The position numbers and the translations under genes are program-made. DNA of 64,000 nt, taken from Parcubacteria group bacterium M6-OD1-3. Lineage in GTDB: Bacteria > Patescibacteriota > Minisyncoccia > Moranbacterales > UBA9337. Below the pieces are notes generated by a model. The model did no database searches and was not told where the DNA came from. It saw only the letters and a list, made by a program, of their open reading frames with translations. Shown here piece after piece: positions 9,789 to 19,319 of the stretch (within the stretch, counting starts at the first letter, position 1; each line of letters opens with the position of its first letter). The stretch is from positions 6,408 to 70,407 of the forward strand of contig LSNR01000014.1 in assembly GCA_003056165.1 (NCBI GenBank). Reading direction: 5' to 3'.

Positions 9789-9968
9789 AGACCCTATCCA
9801 AAAACTCACCACACTTATTAAAAATTAAGTTTGCCAATTAAACATCGAAATTTCTGTAAAAAATTATTCAAAACTCGTCAGAATATATTAATATTCTTTC
9901 TCATTTTTTACAATTTTTTCCTAGAAATTTTTTCGTTTTAACCAGGCATGAATTTTCGGATAGGTTCT
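9789..9968. mobile_element. MITE-like 180-bp inverted-repeat element in the rpsB leader
   Basis: Terminal IRs agaccctatccaaaaactca / tgaattttcggataggttct (17/20); interior self-complementary; no ORF. Confidence 0.55.
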
Positions 9969-10143
9969 TAAAAAATAAACATGTTTTTCTAGACTCATTC
10001 CTGTCCGAATCTTGTTTAGGTCGGATTATGAGTTTTGGCTTTGATAAAATATATTAATATTATTATTAAAGATTGAAAAACAGGTGTTAATAATAGATTT
10101 TATTATGGAAGGAATTCCTAGAAATCTTTAATAAGGAAAAAAT

Positions 10144-10911
10144 ATGATTAAAGAAAAAAAGACGTCTCCTGCGGGAGAAAAGAAAGGTTTGAAAAAAAAA
10201 CCTAAAAAAGATAAAGGAGCTGTTAATGTGGACTTAACAAAAACAGAGATAGACATTCGAGAAATGTTAAAATGCGGTGTTCACTTTGGACACAGTAAAT
10301 CACGCAAAGATCCTCGAATGGATAAATACATATTTGGATTAAAGCAAGGAATAAATATTATTGATTTGCAAAAAACCGAAGAGAAATTAAAATCAGCTAT
10401 CGATTTTATTGAAAAACTTAAAAAAAATCAAAAGCAAATTCTTTTTGTGGGAACAAAAAAGCAAGCAAAACTTTTAGTTAGGGCTGTTGCTAAAGAGGCT
10501 GAAATGCCCTACATTGAAGAGCGTTGGTTGGGCGGAACATTTACAAATTTTTCAGTTATTAGAAGAAGGGCGCAATACTTGAAAGATTCTCAAGAAAAAA
10601 TGAAAAAAGGAGGATTTAATAAGTATACTAAACTGGAGAAATTAAAAAAGAGCGAAGAATTGGAAAAATTGGAAAAGAGAATGGGGGGAATCAAGGCTAT
10701 GCGAGAATTGCCTGGGGCGGTTTTTATTGTAGACATTAAAGCTGATGAAATAGCTTTAAAAGAGGCTATCAGTGCTAATATTCCAGTTGTTGCATTAGTA
10801 GATACAAATGTAAATCCAGAAAGGGTTGATTATCCAATTCCGGCAAATGATGATGCTACTTCCTCAGTAAAATTAATGTTGGAATACATTGGAGCGACAA
10901 TTGTTAAGTAA
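10144..10911 (+). CDS. rpsB: 30S ribosomal protein S2
   Basis: GVHFGH, RWLGGTFTNF, DTN..P..VDYPIPANDD. Confidence 0.98.
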   Translation: MIKEKKTSPAGEKKGLKKKPKKDKGAVNVDLTKTEIDIREMLKCGVHFGHSKSRKDPRMDKYIFGLKQGINIIDLQKTEEKLKSAIDFIEKLKKNQKQILFVGTKKQAKLLVRAVAKEAEMPYIEERWLGGTFTNFSVIRRRAQYLKDSQEKMKKGGFNKYTKLEKLKKSEELEKLEKRMGGIKAMRELPGAVFIVDIKADEIALKEAISANIPVVALVDTNVNPERVDYPIPANDDATSSVKLMLEYIGATIVK

Positions 10912-10985
10912 ACAAAAAATAATCAATAGCAAGAGTTCTTAAAAAAGAAACCCCCTATTATTTATTGTAATTGTTAATTAAAAAT

Positions 10986-11564
10986 ATGTTAGAATTAATT
11001 AAAAAAATAAGACAACAAACAGGTGCTGGGATGGTTGATATTAAGAAAGCCTTAGAAGAAGCTGGTAATGATGAGAAAAAAGCGATTGAAATTCTTCGTA
11101 AAAAGGGTCAAAGCAAGGCTGTTAAAAAAGCTGAACGAGAAGCTAGTGAAGGAGTAATCGGTTCGTATATTCACTCCAACGGAAAAATTGGAGCGATGGT
11201 AAAAGTTTATTGTGAGACTGATTTTGTCGCACGTAATGAAGAATTTCAAAAATTAGCAAAAGATATGGCAATGCATATCAGTGCGATGAATCCACAAGTT
11301 TTAGATCCGAAAGATGTATCGGACAAATTGGTTGACAAAGAACGAGAAATTTGGGTAGAACAATTGAAAAATGAAGGAAAACCAAAAGAAATTATGCAAA
11401 AAATTATGGAAGGAAAAGAAAAGAAATTTAGAGAGGAAATTTCTTTAATGACACAACCTTTTGTTAAAAATCCGGAAATGACAATCCAAGATTTGGTTAC
11501 TGAGGAAATTGGAAAAATTGGAGAAAATATTAAAGTTGGAGATTTTTCCAGATTTGAATTGTAA
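10986..11564 (+). CDS. tsf: Elongation factor Ts (short form)
   Basis: IR..TGAGMVD.KKAL, CETDFVARN, GENIKV; follows rpsB. Confidence 0.97.
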   Translation: MLELIKKIRQQTGAGMVDIKKALEEAGNDEKKAIEILRKKGQSKAVKKAEREASEGVIGSYIHSNGKIGAMVKVYCETDFVARNEEFQKLAKDMAMHISAMNPQVLDPKDVSDKLVDKEREIWVEQLKNEGKPKEIMQKIMEGKEKKFREEISLMTQPFVKNPEMTIQDLVTEEIGKIGENIKVGDFSRFEL

Positions 11565-11615
11565 AATATTATTGGCAGGAGACGGTAAAATGAAAATAGC
11601 TTAAATCAAACAAAT

Positions 11616-12422
11616 ATGTTTAAATATTTAGTTAATTTATATGGTTGGGGAGATGCCAGCATTTGTTCTAGTCGAGCGGAATATAAAAAAGGTAACCAAA
11701 TAATAGCAGAAGATGAAGGTGGAAAAATGTTAGGAAAAATTAGCAAAGAAATAAGTTCAGATGTTGAACAAAAAAGATATCAACTATATGATAAGGGTGA
11801 ACGATTGACAGTTGTTAGATTAGCAACAGAGAAAGATTTAGAAAAATTTGAAAAAAATTCTAAAAAGAGAAATAGCATTTTAAAGCGTTGCCGGAAAGAA
11901 GCAAAGAGAATGAATTTAGAAATGAAATTTGTAGATACTTGTATTACTTTGGGAAAGGGTGTGGTGATTATTTCGTTTATTGCTGATGGGCGAGTTGATT
12001 TTAGGCAGTTGGTTAAAAATTTATCCAGAGTATTTCATTGTTCCATTAAAATGCATCAAATTGGTTCCAGAGATGAAGCGAGAAAATTGGGTGGGTGTGG
12101 TGTTTGTGGAAAGGAATTGTGTTGTTCAAGTTTTTTGGGAGAAATTCCAAGTATTTCCACTGAAATGGCAAAAATTCAGCAGGTGTCGCAAAGAGGATCG
12201 GATAGAATATCAGGAGTTTGTGGTCGGTTGCTTTGTTGTTTGTCTTATGAAGTGGGTCAATATCGGGAAATGATGAAAGGAATGCCAGAAATTGGTAGTA
12301 AAATTAAAACGGAAAAAGGTGAAGGAAAAGTTGTAGAAATTAATCCATTAAAGCAAGAGATTAGGATTAGATTGGAAGATGTGAATGAATATGTGACTAT
12401 TAAAAAAGAAGATTTTAAATAA
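11616..12422 (+). CDS. PSP1-domain / stage 0 sporulation (YaaT/RicT-like) protein
   Basis: GRVDFRQLV, IGSRDEA, GGCGVCGKELCC, ISGVCGRLLCCLSYE. Confidence 0.9.
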   Translation: MFKYLVNLYGWGDASICSSRAEYKKGNQIIAEDEGGKMLGKISKEISSDVEQKRYQLYDKGERLTVVRLATEKDLEKFEKNSKKRNSILKRCRKEAKRMNLEMKFVDTCITLGKGVVIISFIADGRVDFRQLVKNLSRVFHCSIKMHQIGSRDEARKLGGCGVCGKELCCSSFLGEIPSISTEMAKIQQVSQRGSDRISGVCGRLLCCLSYEVGQYREMMKGMPEIGSKIKTEKGEGKVVEINPLKQEIRIRLEDVNEYVTIKKEDFK

Positions 12423-12443
12423 TAGTAGATTAGATTTGAAAGA

Positions 12444-13181
12444 ATGTTTTATTTATATTTTGTTTTACCGCCAGTTATAATTGTTGTTAGCTTAGCACTG
12501 ATAATATTTTTGGTGTCTAGAAAATCACTGGAAATCGAAAGAAAAATAACAGAAGATAAAGCCAATGCAATAAATAATGAAAGTCAACTAAGTATGGAAG
12601 TTAAAAGCAGAGGGTTATATTTTTTGGAAAAACTGGCTCATTGGTTTAAAATATTCTCATTAAAAATGCACAATTGGCTTGAGGAAAAATTAAAATTTAT
12701 AAAACAGAGAAAAGTTAAGATTGATTCAGATAAAAAAAGAAATGGTCAGGAGCATATTGATGACAAACAAAATATACAGAGAGAAGAAATTGAAAAAGAA
12801 AATGTTCGTCCAGAAGTTAAAAAGAAAAAACTGATTGAAAAGATATTTCAAAACATTAATGAAAAAAGAAAATTAAAAAAGGATGCGAAAAGAGCCAATG
12901 AAGCTGATGCTGAAAAGAAGGAAAGAATAGAAATTTTTAAACAGAAGGCGATGATTAGCAAAGAGGTTACCTACCCAGAAGAAAAAAAAGAAGAATTGGA
13001 AAATATTTTAATAGAAAGAATCGCTATTGATCCTCGTGATATAGAGGCTTATGAAAGACTGGGAGATTATTATATTAGTCAAAAAAATTATAAGGATGCG
13101 AAAGAATGCTATCGTCAGGTTTTGAAATTAAATCCCCGAAGTGTGACTATAAAGAAAAAGTTGGAAAATCTTATTAGATAA
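12444..13181 (+). CDS. Membrane-anchored protein with C-terminal TPR
   Basis: N-terminal TM helix; AYERLGDYY...YKDAKECYRQVLKLNP. Confidence 0.75.
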   Translation: MFYLYFVLPPVIIVVSLALIIFLVSRKSLEIERKITEDKANAINNESQLSMEVKSRGLYFLEKLAHWFKIFSLKMHNWLEEKLKFIKQRKVKIDSDKKRNGQEHIDDKQNIQREEIEKENVRPEVKKKKLIEKIFQNINEKRKLKKDAKRANEADAEKKERIEIFKQKAMISKEVTYPEEKKEELENILIERIAIDPRDIEAYERLGDYYISQKNYKDAKECYRQVLKLNPRSVTIKKKLENLIR

Positions 13182-13254
13182 GCCGAAATAGCTCAATTGG
13201 TAGAGCAATTGTTTTGTAAACAATAGGTTACCGGTTCAAGTCCGGTTTTCGGCT
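13182..13254 (+). tRNA. tRNA-Thr(TGT)
   Basis: gccgaaa/tttcggc acceptor; attgt-tt-TGT-aa-acaat; ggttcaagtcc T arm. Confidence 0.96.
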
Positions 13255-13300
13255 CAAGAAAGATTGATAAAAAGTTGAAAGTGAGTATAATTAAAATATT

Positions 13301-13343
13301 GGGTCGGTGGCAGAGTTCATCCAAAGGCTGATATAGGTCATGC
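13301..13343 (+). pseudogene. Duplicated 5' fragment of tRNA-Tyr with a 19-nt insertion in the D-loop
   Basis: gggtcggtggcagagt[tcatccaaaggctgatata]ggtca..tgc versus intact gggtcggtggcagagtggtcaaatgc. Confidence 0.7.
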
Positions 13344-13390
13344 CCAGAAAGATTATCTTAAAATTAAGATTGGTTAGGTTAATTGAATAT

Positions 13391-13473
13391 GGGTCGGTGG
13401 CAGAGTGGTCAAATGCATCAGACTGTAAATCTGACGACTTCGGTCTACGGCGGTTCAAATCCGTCCCGGCCCA
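13391..13473 (+). tRNA. tRNA-Tyr(GTA)
   Basis: tcaga-ct-GTA-aa-tctga; long variable arm; ggttcaaatcc. Confidence 0.96.
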
Positions 13474-13482
13474 CATAAACCC

Positions 13483-13555
13483 GCCCGGGTAGCTCAGCTG
13501 GTAGAGCATTTCCATGGTAAGGAAAAGGTCACCGGTCCAAGTCCGGTCTCGGGCT
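13483..13555 (+). tRNA. tRNA-Thr(GGT)
   Basis: gcccggg/ctcgggc acceptor; tttcc-at-GGT-aa-ggaaa; T-loop tccaagt (C at position 55). Confidence 0.93.
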
Positions 13556-13616
13556 CAGTAAATATTAAAAAGGTAGCTTATGGATAGTATAACTGTTCAA
13601 ATGTTACGACAATAAA

Positions 13617-13775
13617 ATGGCAAATGAAAAATTAGTTAGAATGAAATGTACAGAATGCAATAATATCAATTATTATACGAATCGAAACAAGAAAAAACTT
13701 AAAGAAAAATTGGAGTTAAAAAAATATTGTAAATTTTGCAGAAAACATACCGTTCATAAAGAATTGAAAAAATAA
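13617..13775 (+). CDS. rpmG: 50S ribosomal protein L33 (52 aa, Zn-ribbon type; below ORF-track cutoff)
   Basis: Manual translation [52 protein letters not shown]. Confidence 0.96.
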   Translation: MANEKLVRMKCTECNNINYYTNRNKKKLKEKLELKKYCKFCRKHTVHKELKK

Positions 13776-13799
13776 ATTTTGCAAGAAGGCTGTTTTGCA

Positions 13800-13905
13800 G
13801 TGGAAAGTTAGAGTCAAGGCGGACCTGTCAAACTTTCTGTTAGTTTAATTGTAAGTTAGTGAAAAGTTAGATACAGGCGGGCTTGTCCGACGAAGCGAAG
13901 CGTAG
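13800..13905 (+). repeat. Hairpin repeat units abutting the tRNA-Trp 5' end
   Basis: About 82 bp closely similar to 47025-47105, plus a ccgacgaagcgaagcgtaggcgg hairpin. Confidence 0.8.
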
Positions 13906-13976
13906 GCGGGTGTCGTATAGTGGTAGTACAGGAGTCTCCAAAACTTCTAGCGGGAGTTCGATTCTCTCCACCCGTG
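13906..13976 (+). tRNA. tRNA-Trp(CCA)
   Basis: gcgggtg/cacccgt acceptor; ggagt-ct-CCA-aa-acttc; gttcgatt. Confidence 0.95.
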
Positions 13977-13982
13977 CGGATT

Positions 13983-14011
13983 AAAAAAATCGCTTGATTG
14001 AGCGATTTTTT
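13983..14011 (+). terminator. Terminator after tRNA-Trp
   Basis: aaaaaatcgctt-gatt-gagcgatttttt. Confidence 0.75.
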
Positions 14012-14106
14012 GGTAGGCAATTTAATAAGACTGAGTGGAGATTAGAACTTTTTAGCATATTTTTGCAGGTATGACATTTCTAAATGTAATTGACAGTAAG
14101 AATTTT

Positions 14107-15137
14107 TGTTTTAGGCACATACATTTGTCGGTTCTTGTATTTCATTTAAACTATAATCTTTTAAAAATTTATTAGGACTTTTTCCATTTAAACTACAATG
14201 TCTTAAATTATTGTAATACATATTCCATAACCTAACACGATATTTCAATTCTTCCACATTAGCAAATTTCTCTCGAGAGTATAATCTTCTTTGATCACTA
14301 CCATGACTTCTTTCAACTGTTCCATTTTGAGTTGGACTACCTTTATCAATTAAGTAATGCATAATATTAAGTTTAGCACAAAATACATCCAATTGATGCA
14401 ATTTAGGATTCATTGGATCAGAACTTTTTAAATAGCCAGTATATCTATTAGTAAAAATAGCATGATTATCTGTTTTGATAGCCTTAATTTTAAAAGGAGC
14501 TTTCTTGAGTATTTTTTTTAAAAATATAATTGAATAATGATTAGATTGTCCATCATATATTTCTAAATGTCTCCATCTGCTAGATAAATCTATAGCTGTA
14601 AACTGATAATATCGCTTACCAGCAATCTTTCCTGGTACATATTTAACATCTATTTTTATCATTTCTCCGGGATTCAGTTTACTTCTAATATATTTGTATC
14701 TAATCCTTTTTCTTCTATATTTCTTAACTAAACTTTCCGCTTTTAATATTTTACCAATTGTTCTTTCATGAATATTAATACCTTCTTCTTCTAAATCCCA
14801 CTTTATCTTTAAAGCACACTCTTTCTTTTCTTTTCTTTTCTAATTTCAATAATTTTTTCTTTGATTCGAATAGAAATTTCCCTGGGATGTGTTTTAGGTC
14901 TAGTCGATTTAGATTCTAAACCTTTTTCTCTATATCTCCTATAGCTACTTAACCACCTTTCCAAACTTCTTTTACTATATGGACATATTTTAGAAACATC
15001 TACCAACTTAACTTCTTTTTTATAGATAGGAAGTATCCATCTTAATCTTTCCTCTTTAATTGTTTTTGACATATTTATACACATACATCAGAATATCTCT
15101 ATTCTGGGAAAACCGCCAGATGTTTGTGCATATTACA
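14107..15137 (-). mobile_element. IS481-family insertion sequence
   Basis: TGT...ACA ends; 27-bp imperfect IRs (21/27) at 14107-14133 and 15111-15137; rve-type DDE transposase inside. Confidence 0.85.
14111..15072 (-). pseudogene. IS481 transposase split by a frameshift at about 14821-14840
   Basis: HTH part MSKTIKEERLRW..; catalytic part IDVKYVP, TAID, KTDN, QNGTVERSH; removing one 5-bp unit of the (GAAAA) tandem restores IRKEKKECALKIKW. Confidence 0.85.
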
Positions 15138-15281
15138 TTTTGTTATTGACTATATCGCTTTTTAATGTTATTATAAATTATCGTAATCTTACGATGAAGG
15201 TAGTTCTATCACAATTGAATAATAAAGATTTTTTGATATTAAAGCTTTTTATTAATAATTGCAAAATGAAGGAGGATAGCT

Positions 15282-15632
15282 ATGTCGAAACAAACTAATA
15301 TTTGCTTAAGGTATGGTTGCAGTGCGTGTTGTAACCCCGTTAAGATACGGAGCTTAGTTATTATTAATACAAAGGATGAGAGATTACCTTTTGTTGATTT
15401 AAGCATGATTTATGCTCCAAAAATGCATCCAGATTCTGTAAAATTGAAAACATATAAGTGCAAGTTTTTTAATGAGGAAACTGGTCTATGTGTTGATTAT
15501 AATGGCAGACCAAATATTTGTAGAAACACACAATGTTCTGCATTCGATACAGACAATGAAGATGAAATCGCTAAGATAATTGAGAATATTAAAAAGGAAG
15601 AGTTTATAAAAATTCCTATAAAGAGAGGTTGA
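15282..15632 (+). CDS. YkgJ-family cysteine-cluster protein
   Basis: CxxxxCxxCC ... CKFF....GLC..Y..RP.ICR; GGAGG RBS. Confidence 0.8.
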   Translation: MSKQTNICLRYGCSACCNPVKIRSLVIINTKDERLPFVDLSMIYAPKMHPDSVKLKTYKCKFFNEETGLCVDYNGRPNICRNTQCSAFDTDNEDEIAKIIENIKKEEFIKIPIKRG

Positions 15633-15633
15633 T

Positions 15634-16413
15634 ATGTTGGATAAATTTGTATTACAGTATGCACGCTTTAAAACATTATGGGCATATAAATATGGAGATT
15701 GGAAAAAACTCCTAATAGAAGAGGGCGGGGAATCCTTAATAGAGGTTCCGGTCAACATAACTTTTCCATATTATGCTCAGGAAATGGCATTGATAAACGA
15801 CACTAGAATTTTTTTGCGTCAAACTGTTCTTGAAAAAGTTCTCGTGGCTAGACAATGGCTGAGTCAACAAGACTTAGATTTAAAGGTGTATGATGGATGG
15901 CGATCAATGACATTGCAAGAAAATCTTTTTTGGTATTATATGAAGTTATATACTTCTAAAAAATTTGGGATGCATGAAGAATTTGATAAGTTAGATGCGT
16001 TTCAAGATATCAAGAATTTTTTCGAAAGTTTGTCTCAGTCGTTGAAAATACAGATGGATGCTGCCAATAAAATATTTGTTAGCTGGCCGTCTAGCAATAT
16101 TCTTTGTCCAAGTCCTCATACAACGGGCGGAGCTGTGGACGTTTGGCTTTTCAAGAATGGCAAACCTCTTGGCTTGGGCGTTCCATTCGATTGGATGTAT
16201 GAAAATGCTGGTGCCTTCTATCATCTCAAATTGTTTAGAGAACAATTTTCCAATGATAAGGATGTTTGTAAATATCGTAACATACTTTTGTTGGCAATGC
16301 TAAAAGCAGGCTTTTCATGTTATGGTCCTGAGATTTGGCATTTTAATTATGGAAATCAAATGGACTCTCTTGTGACAAAGAAAATAGCTCAATATTCATA
16401 TATTGAGCCTTAG
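15634..16413 (+). CDS. D-Ala-D-Ala dipeptidase (M15D, VanX/DdpX-like)
   Basis: YDGWRS, SPHTTGGAVDV (SxHxxGxAxD), EIWHFNYG. Confidence 0.9.
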   Translation: MLDKFVLQYARFKTLWAYKYGDWKKLLIEEGGESLIEVPVNITFPYYAQEMALINDTRIFLRQTVLEKVLVARQWLSQQDLDLKVYDGWRSMTLQENLFWYYMKLYTSKKFGMHEEFDKLDAFQDIKNFFESLSQSLKIQMDAANKIFVSWPSSNILCPSPHTTGGAVDVWLFKNGKPLGLGVPFDWMYENAGAFYHLKLFREQFSNDKDVCKYRNILLLAMLKAGFSCYGPEIWHFNYGNQMDSLVTKKIAQYSYIEP

Positions 16414-16559
16414 ATTTTCAGTAATAATCTGATATTAGACAATCGTAGTAATATGATTGTCTTTTTTCTTGCAAAAATACTTATTTGAAAGTATTATTAT
16501 ATTGCAAAAAAATAAAAAATGTATGATTATATTTTAATGAGAAATTAATTTAAAATTTT

Positions 16560-17666
16560 ATGACAAAAATTAAAGCTGAGAAAAAAATAAACCTGACTAT
16601 TATTTTTGGAGGGAAGTCAGCTGAGCACGAGATTTCAATTCTCTCAGCTAAAAGTGTTGTGAAAGCGATTGATGAAGATAAATATAATATTTCTCTTGTG
16701 GGCATCAATAAAAAAGGTGGCTGGTCGGTCATTAGTAAAAAAGAATTACTGACAGGAAAGTTATCACTAGGGCAAGTTGAAATAAATAAAAATACTTCAA
16801 TTAAGAAATTTGCGTGCAGGGAAAATACTGACCTTTTGCAGGGAGTAAAATTCAATAAGAATAAAGTTGATGTAGTTTTTCCAATTTTACATGGTCCTTT
16901 TGGTGAAGATGGAACTATTCAGGGGCTTTTAAAGATGTTGGATGTAGCATTTGTGGGACCGAGCGTTTTAGGTTCGGCAATTAATATGGATAAAGATGTT
17001 TCCAAGAGATTATTAAAAGAGGCTGGTTTACCAATTCCTAAATTTTTAGTTTATCAAAATAACAAGAAAGAGGAAATTTCTTTTGTAAAAATTAAGGAAG
17101 AGTTGAGAATGCCATTTTTTGTGAAGCCAGCCAATTTAGGTTCGTCGGTTGGAATCAGTAAAGTGGAAAAAGAGGCTGATTTTAAAAAGGCTATGGAAGA
17201 AGCTTCTCTGTTTGATAATAAAATTGTTATCGAAGAAGCTATTGAGGGAAAAGAGATTGAGTGTTCTGTTTTGGGAAATGAAAATCCAATTGCCTCTGTG
17301 CCAGGGGAAATAATTCCGACACATGACTTTTATTCTTATAAGGCAAAATACTTTGATGAGAATGGTGCAAAAATGGCTATACCGGCAAATATCTCAAAAG
17401 ATGTTGCTGGGAAAATCCAAGAAATGGCCGTGAATGCTTTTAGAATTCTTTGTTGTGAAGGTATGGGTAGAGTTGATTTTTTCTTAACGAAAGATAATGA
17501 AATATTTGTAAATGAAATTAATACTATTCCGGGGTTTACGCCAATTAGTATGTATCCAAAGTTATGGAAGGAAAGCGGTATGGGTTATCCTGAATTAATA
17601 GATAGATTAATTAAGTTGGCGATGGATAAGCAGCGAAGAGAAAGAAAATTGAAAACCTCGGTGTAA
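16560..17666 (+). CDS. ddl: D-alanine--D-alanine ligase
   Basis: FGGKSAEHEIS, LHGPFGEDG, KPANLGSSVG, YSYKAKY, NEINTIPGFT. Confidence 0.96.
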   Translation: MTKIKAEKKINLTIIFGGKSAEHEISILSAKSVVKAIDEDKYNISLVGINKKGGWSVISKKELLTGKLSLGQVEINKNTSIKKFACRENTDLLQGVKFNKNKVDVVFPILHGPFGEDGTIQGLLKMLDVAFVGPSVLGSAINMDKDVSKRLLKEAGLPIPKFLVYQNNKKEEISFVKIKEELRMPFFVKPANLGSSVGISKVEKEADFKKAMEEASLFDNKIVIEEAIEGKEIECSVLGNENPIASVPGEIIPTHDFYSYKAKYFDENGAKMAIPANISKDVAGKIQEMAVNAFRILCCEGMGRVDFFLTKDNEIFVNEINTIPGFTPISMYPKLWKESGMGYPELIDRLIKLAMDKQRRERKLKTSV

Positions 17667-17756
17667 TTTAAGAAGATATTTTTAAAACATAACCTTTAAG
17701 ATACTCACCAAACAGGTTTTAATGCGGTCTATTACATCGTGCATCATATAGATACA

Positions 17757-19046
17757 TTATCTTCCAATGCCCTTGTAAATGACATTGAATTTTTTGATGT
17801 TGTTTTTATTTAGGCAATTTTTTCCATCAATAATCACTTTTACGCCGTTTTCTTTTAAGAGTTTTCCGTCGATAGTTTTAAATTCTTTATGATCTGTTAC
17901 TAAAATAATAGCATCTGATTTTTCTAGAAGTGTTTTTAATGATTTACAGGTGGATTTGTTTTTTAAATAAGGGTCAAAAGAGATTATTTCAGCTTTGTGT
18001 TTTTTGAGGGCATTAACAATTTCGTAATAAGGTGATTCGCGGTCATCGTCGACATTCGATTTGTAGGCAATGCCGGCAAGTCCGACAACGGTTCCGTTTA
18101 ATGGCATTTTTATTTCATTGAGTTTGTCTTGCAGTAATTCAACTGTATATTCCGGCATAGAATTATTTATTGTTCGAGATGTACGAAGAAATTTATGGTC
18201 AAATCCGGCTTGTTTGGCACGTTCAATTAGATAATAAGGGTCAACCGGAATGCAATGTCCGCCAATCCCACAGGAGGGATAATGTGCCATAAATGAAAAA
18301 GGTTTTGTTGCAGCTCCATCAATAACATCTTTGACATCAATATTCATCGCATCAAATGATTTTGCTAACTCGTTTACAAAAGCAATATTGATATCTCGAA
18401 AAGAATTTTCTACAACTTTACAAGCCTCTGCTTCGCGAATATGTTTCATCGGTTTTATTTTTCCATCAACAATCGACTCATAAAAACTCTGTGCTTTTTG
18501 CAAACCTTTTTTTGTAAACGCACCGACGACACGCGGAATATTTGTGACATTCCATTTTGGATCGCCGGGATTTATTCTTTCCGGGCAATGAGCGATGAAA
18601 ACATCTTGACCGATTTTATGTTTATGTTTTTCAAAAATTGGACGAACGACTTCTTCCGATACGCCTGGATTGACAGTTGATTCCAAGACAACAAGAGCTC
18701 CCTTTTTTAAATTTCCAGCAACCATTTCGCAAGCATTGCGAACTGGAGCAAGATTTGGATTATGAAAAGAATCAACCGGAGTAGGGACACAAATTAAAAC
18801 AATGTCTGCCTTTTTAATCTCTCGTTCATTTGTAGTGGCTTTGATTGGGAAAAGAGGAATTTTTTCTTTTAAAAAAGCATCTTCAATCGGTGATATTTTT
18901 TTATTAATTAATTCAACTTTATTCTTATCTAATTCAAGACCAATAACATCGTAACCTTGTTCTTTAGCTCGAATCGCTAACGGTAATCCTACATAGCCTA
19001 AACCGATGATACAAACAGTTTCTTTCTTTGAGTTTTTAGTTGACAT
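17757..19046 (-). CDS. Nucleotide-sugar dehydrogenase (UDP-GlcNAc/ManNAc 6-dehydrogenase family)
   Basis: GLGYVGLP, CVPTP, ESTVNPG, PERINPG, GGHCIPVDPYYL. Confidence 0.92.
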   Translation of the reverse strand: MSTKNSKKETVCIIGLGYVGLPLAIRAKEQGYDVIGLELDKNKVELINKKISPIEDAFLKEKIPLFPIKATTNEREIKKADIVLICVPTPVDSFHNPNLAPVRNACEMVAGNLKKGALVVLESTVNPGVSEEVVRPIFEKHKHKIGQDVFIAHCPERINPGDPKWNVTNIPRVVGAFTKKGLQKAQSFYESIVDGKIKPMKHIREAEACKVVENSFRDINIAFVNELAKSFDAMNIDVKDVIDGAATKPFSFMAHYPSCGIGGHCIPVDPYYLIERAKQAGFDHKFLRTSRTINNSMPEYTVELLQDKLNEIKMPLNGTVVGLAGIAYKSNVDDDRESPYYEIVNALKKHKAEIISFDPYLKNKSTCKSLKTLLEKSDAIILVTDHKEFKTIDGKLLKENGVKVIIDGKNCLNKNNIKKFNVIYKGIGR

Positions 19047-19319
19047 ATTTTTTTAAATTAAATTCATTATATTTCGATAATAATATACTATATCTTTAAA
19101 ACAAATATTGCAATGAAATAATTGATATTGATAATTTTTTGACAAAATGCTTTTAATTTGACATTGTTAAATAAGCTATTGATTATACGAACTAAGGTTT
19201 TTAGTTATGCAAATTACTTTAAGCAATATTATAGTTATTGACAAAATATTATTATCTTGCTACTCTAAAGTTAAGGTATATTTGAATTTTAGAGTAATTG
19301 AACAAACTAAGTTAAACTT

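Noticed and set aside
13291-13515. 74-aa minus-strand ORF
   Set aside because: Antisense shadow of tRNA-Tyr and tRNA-Thr
15634-17666. VanHAX-type vancomycin resistance cluster
   Set aside because: No vanH, vanR or vanS; the ligase has D-Ala-D-Ala-type YSYKAKY
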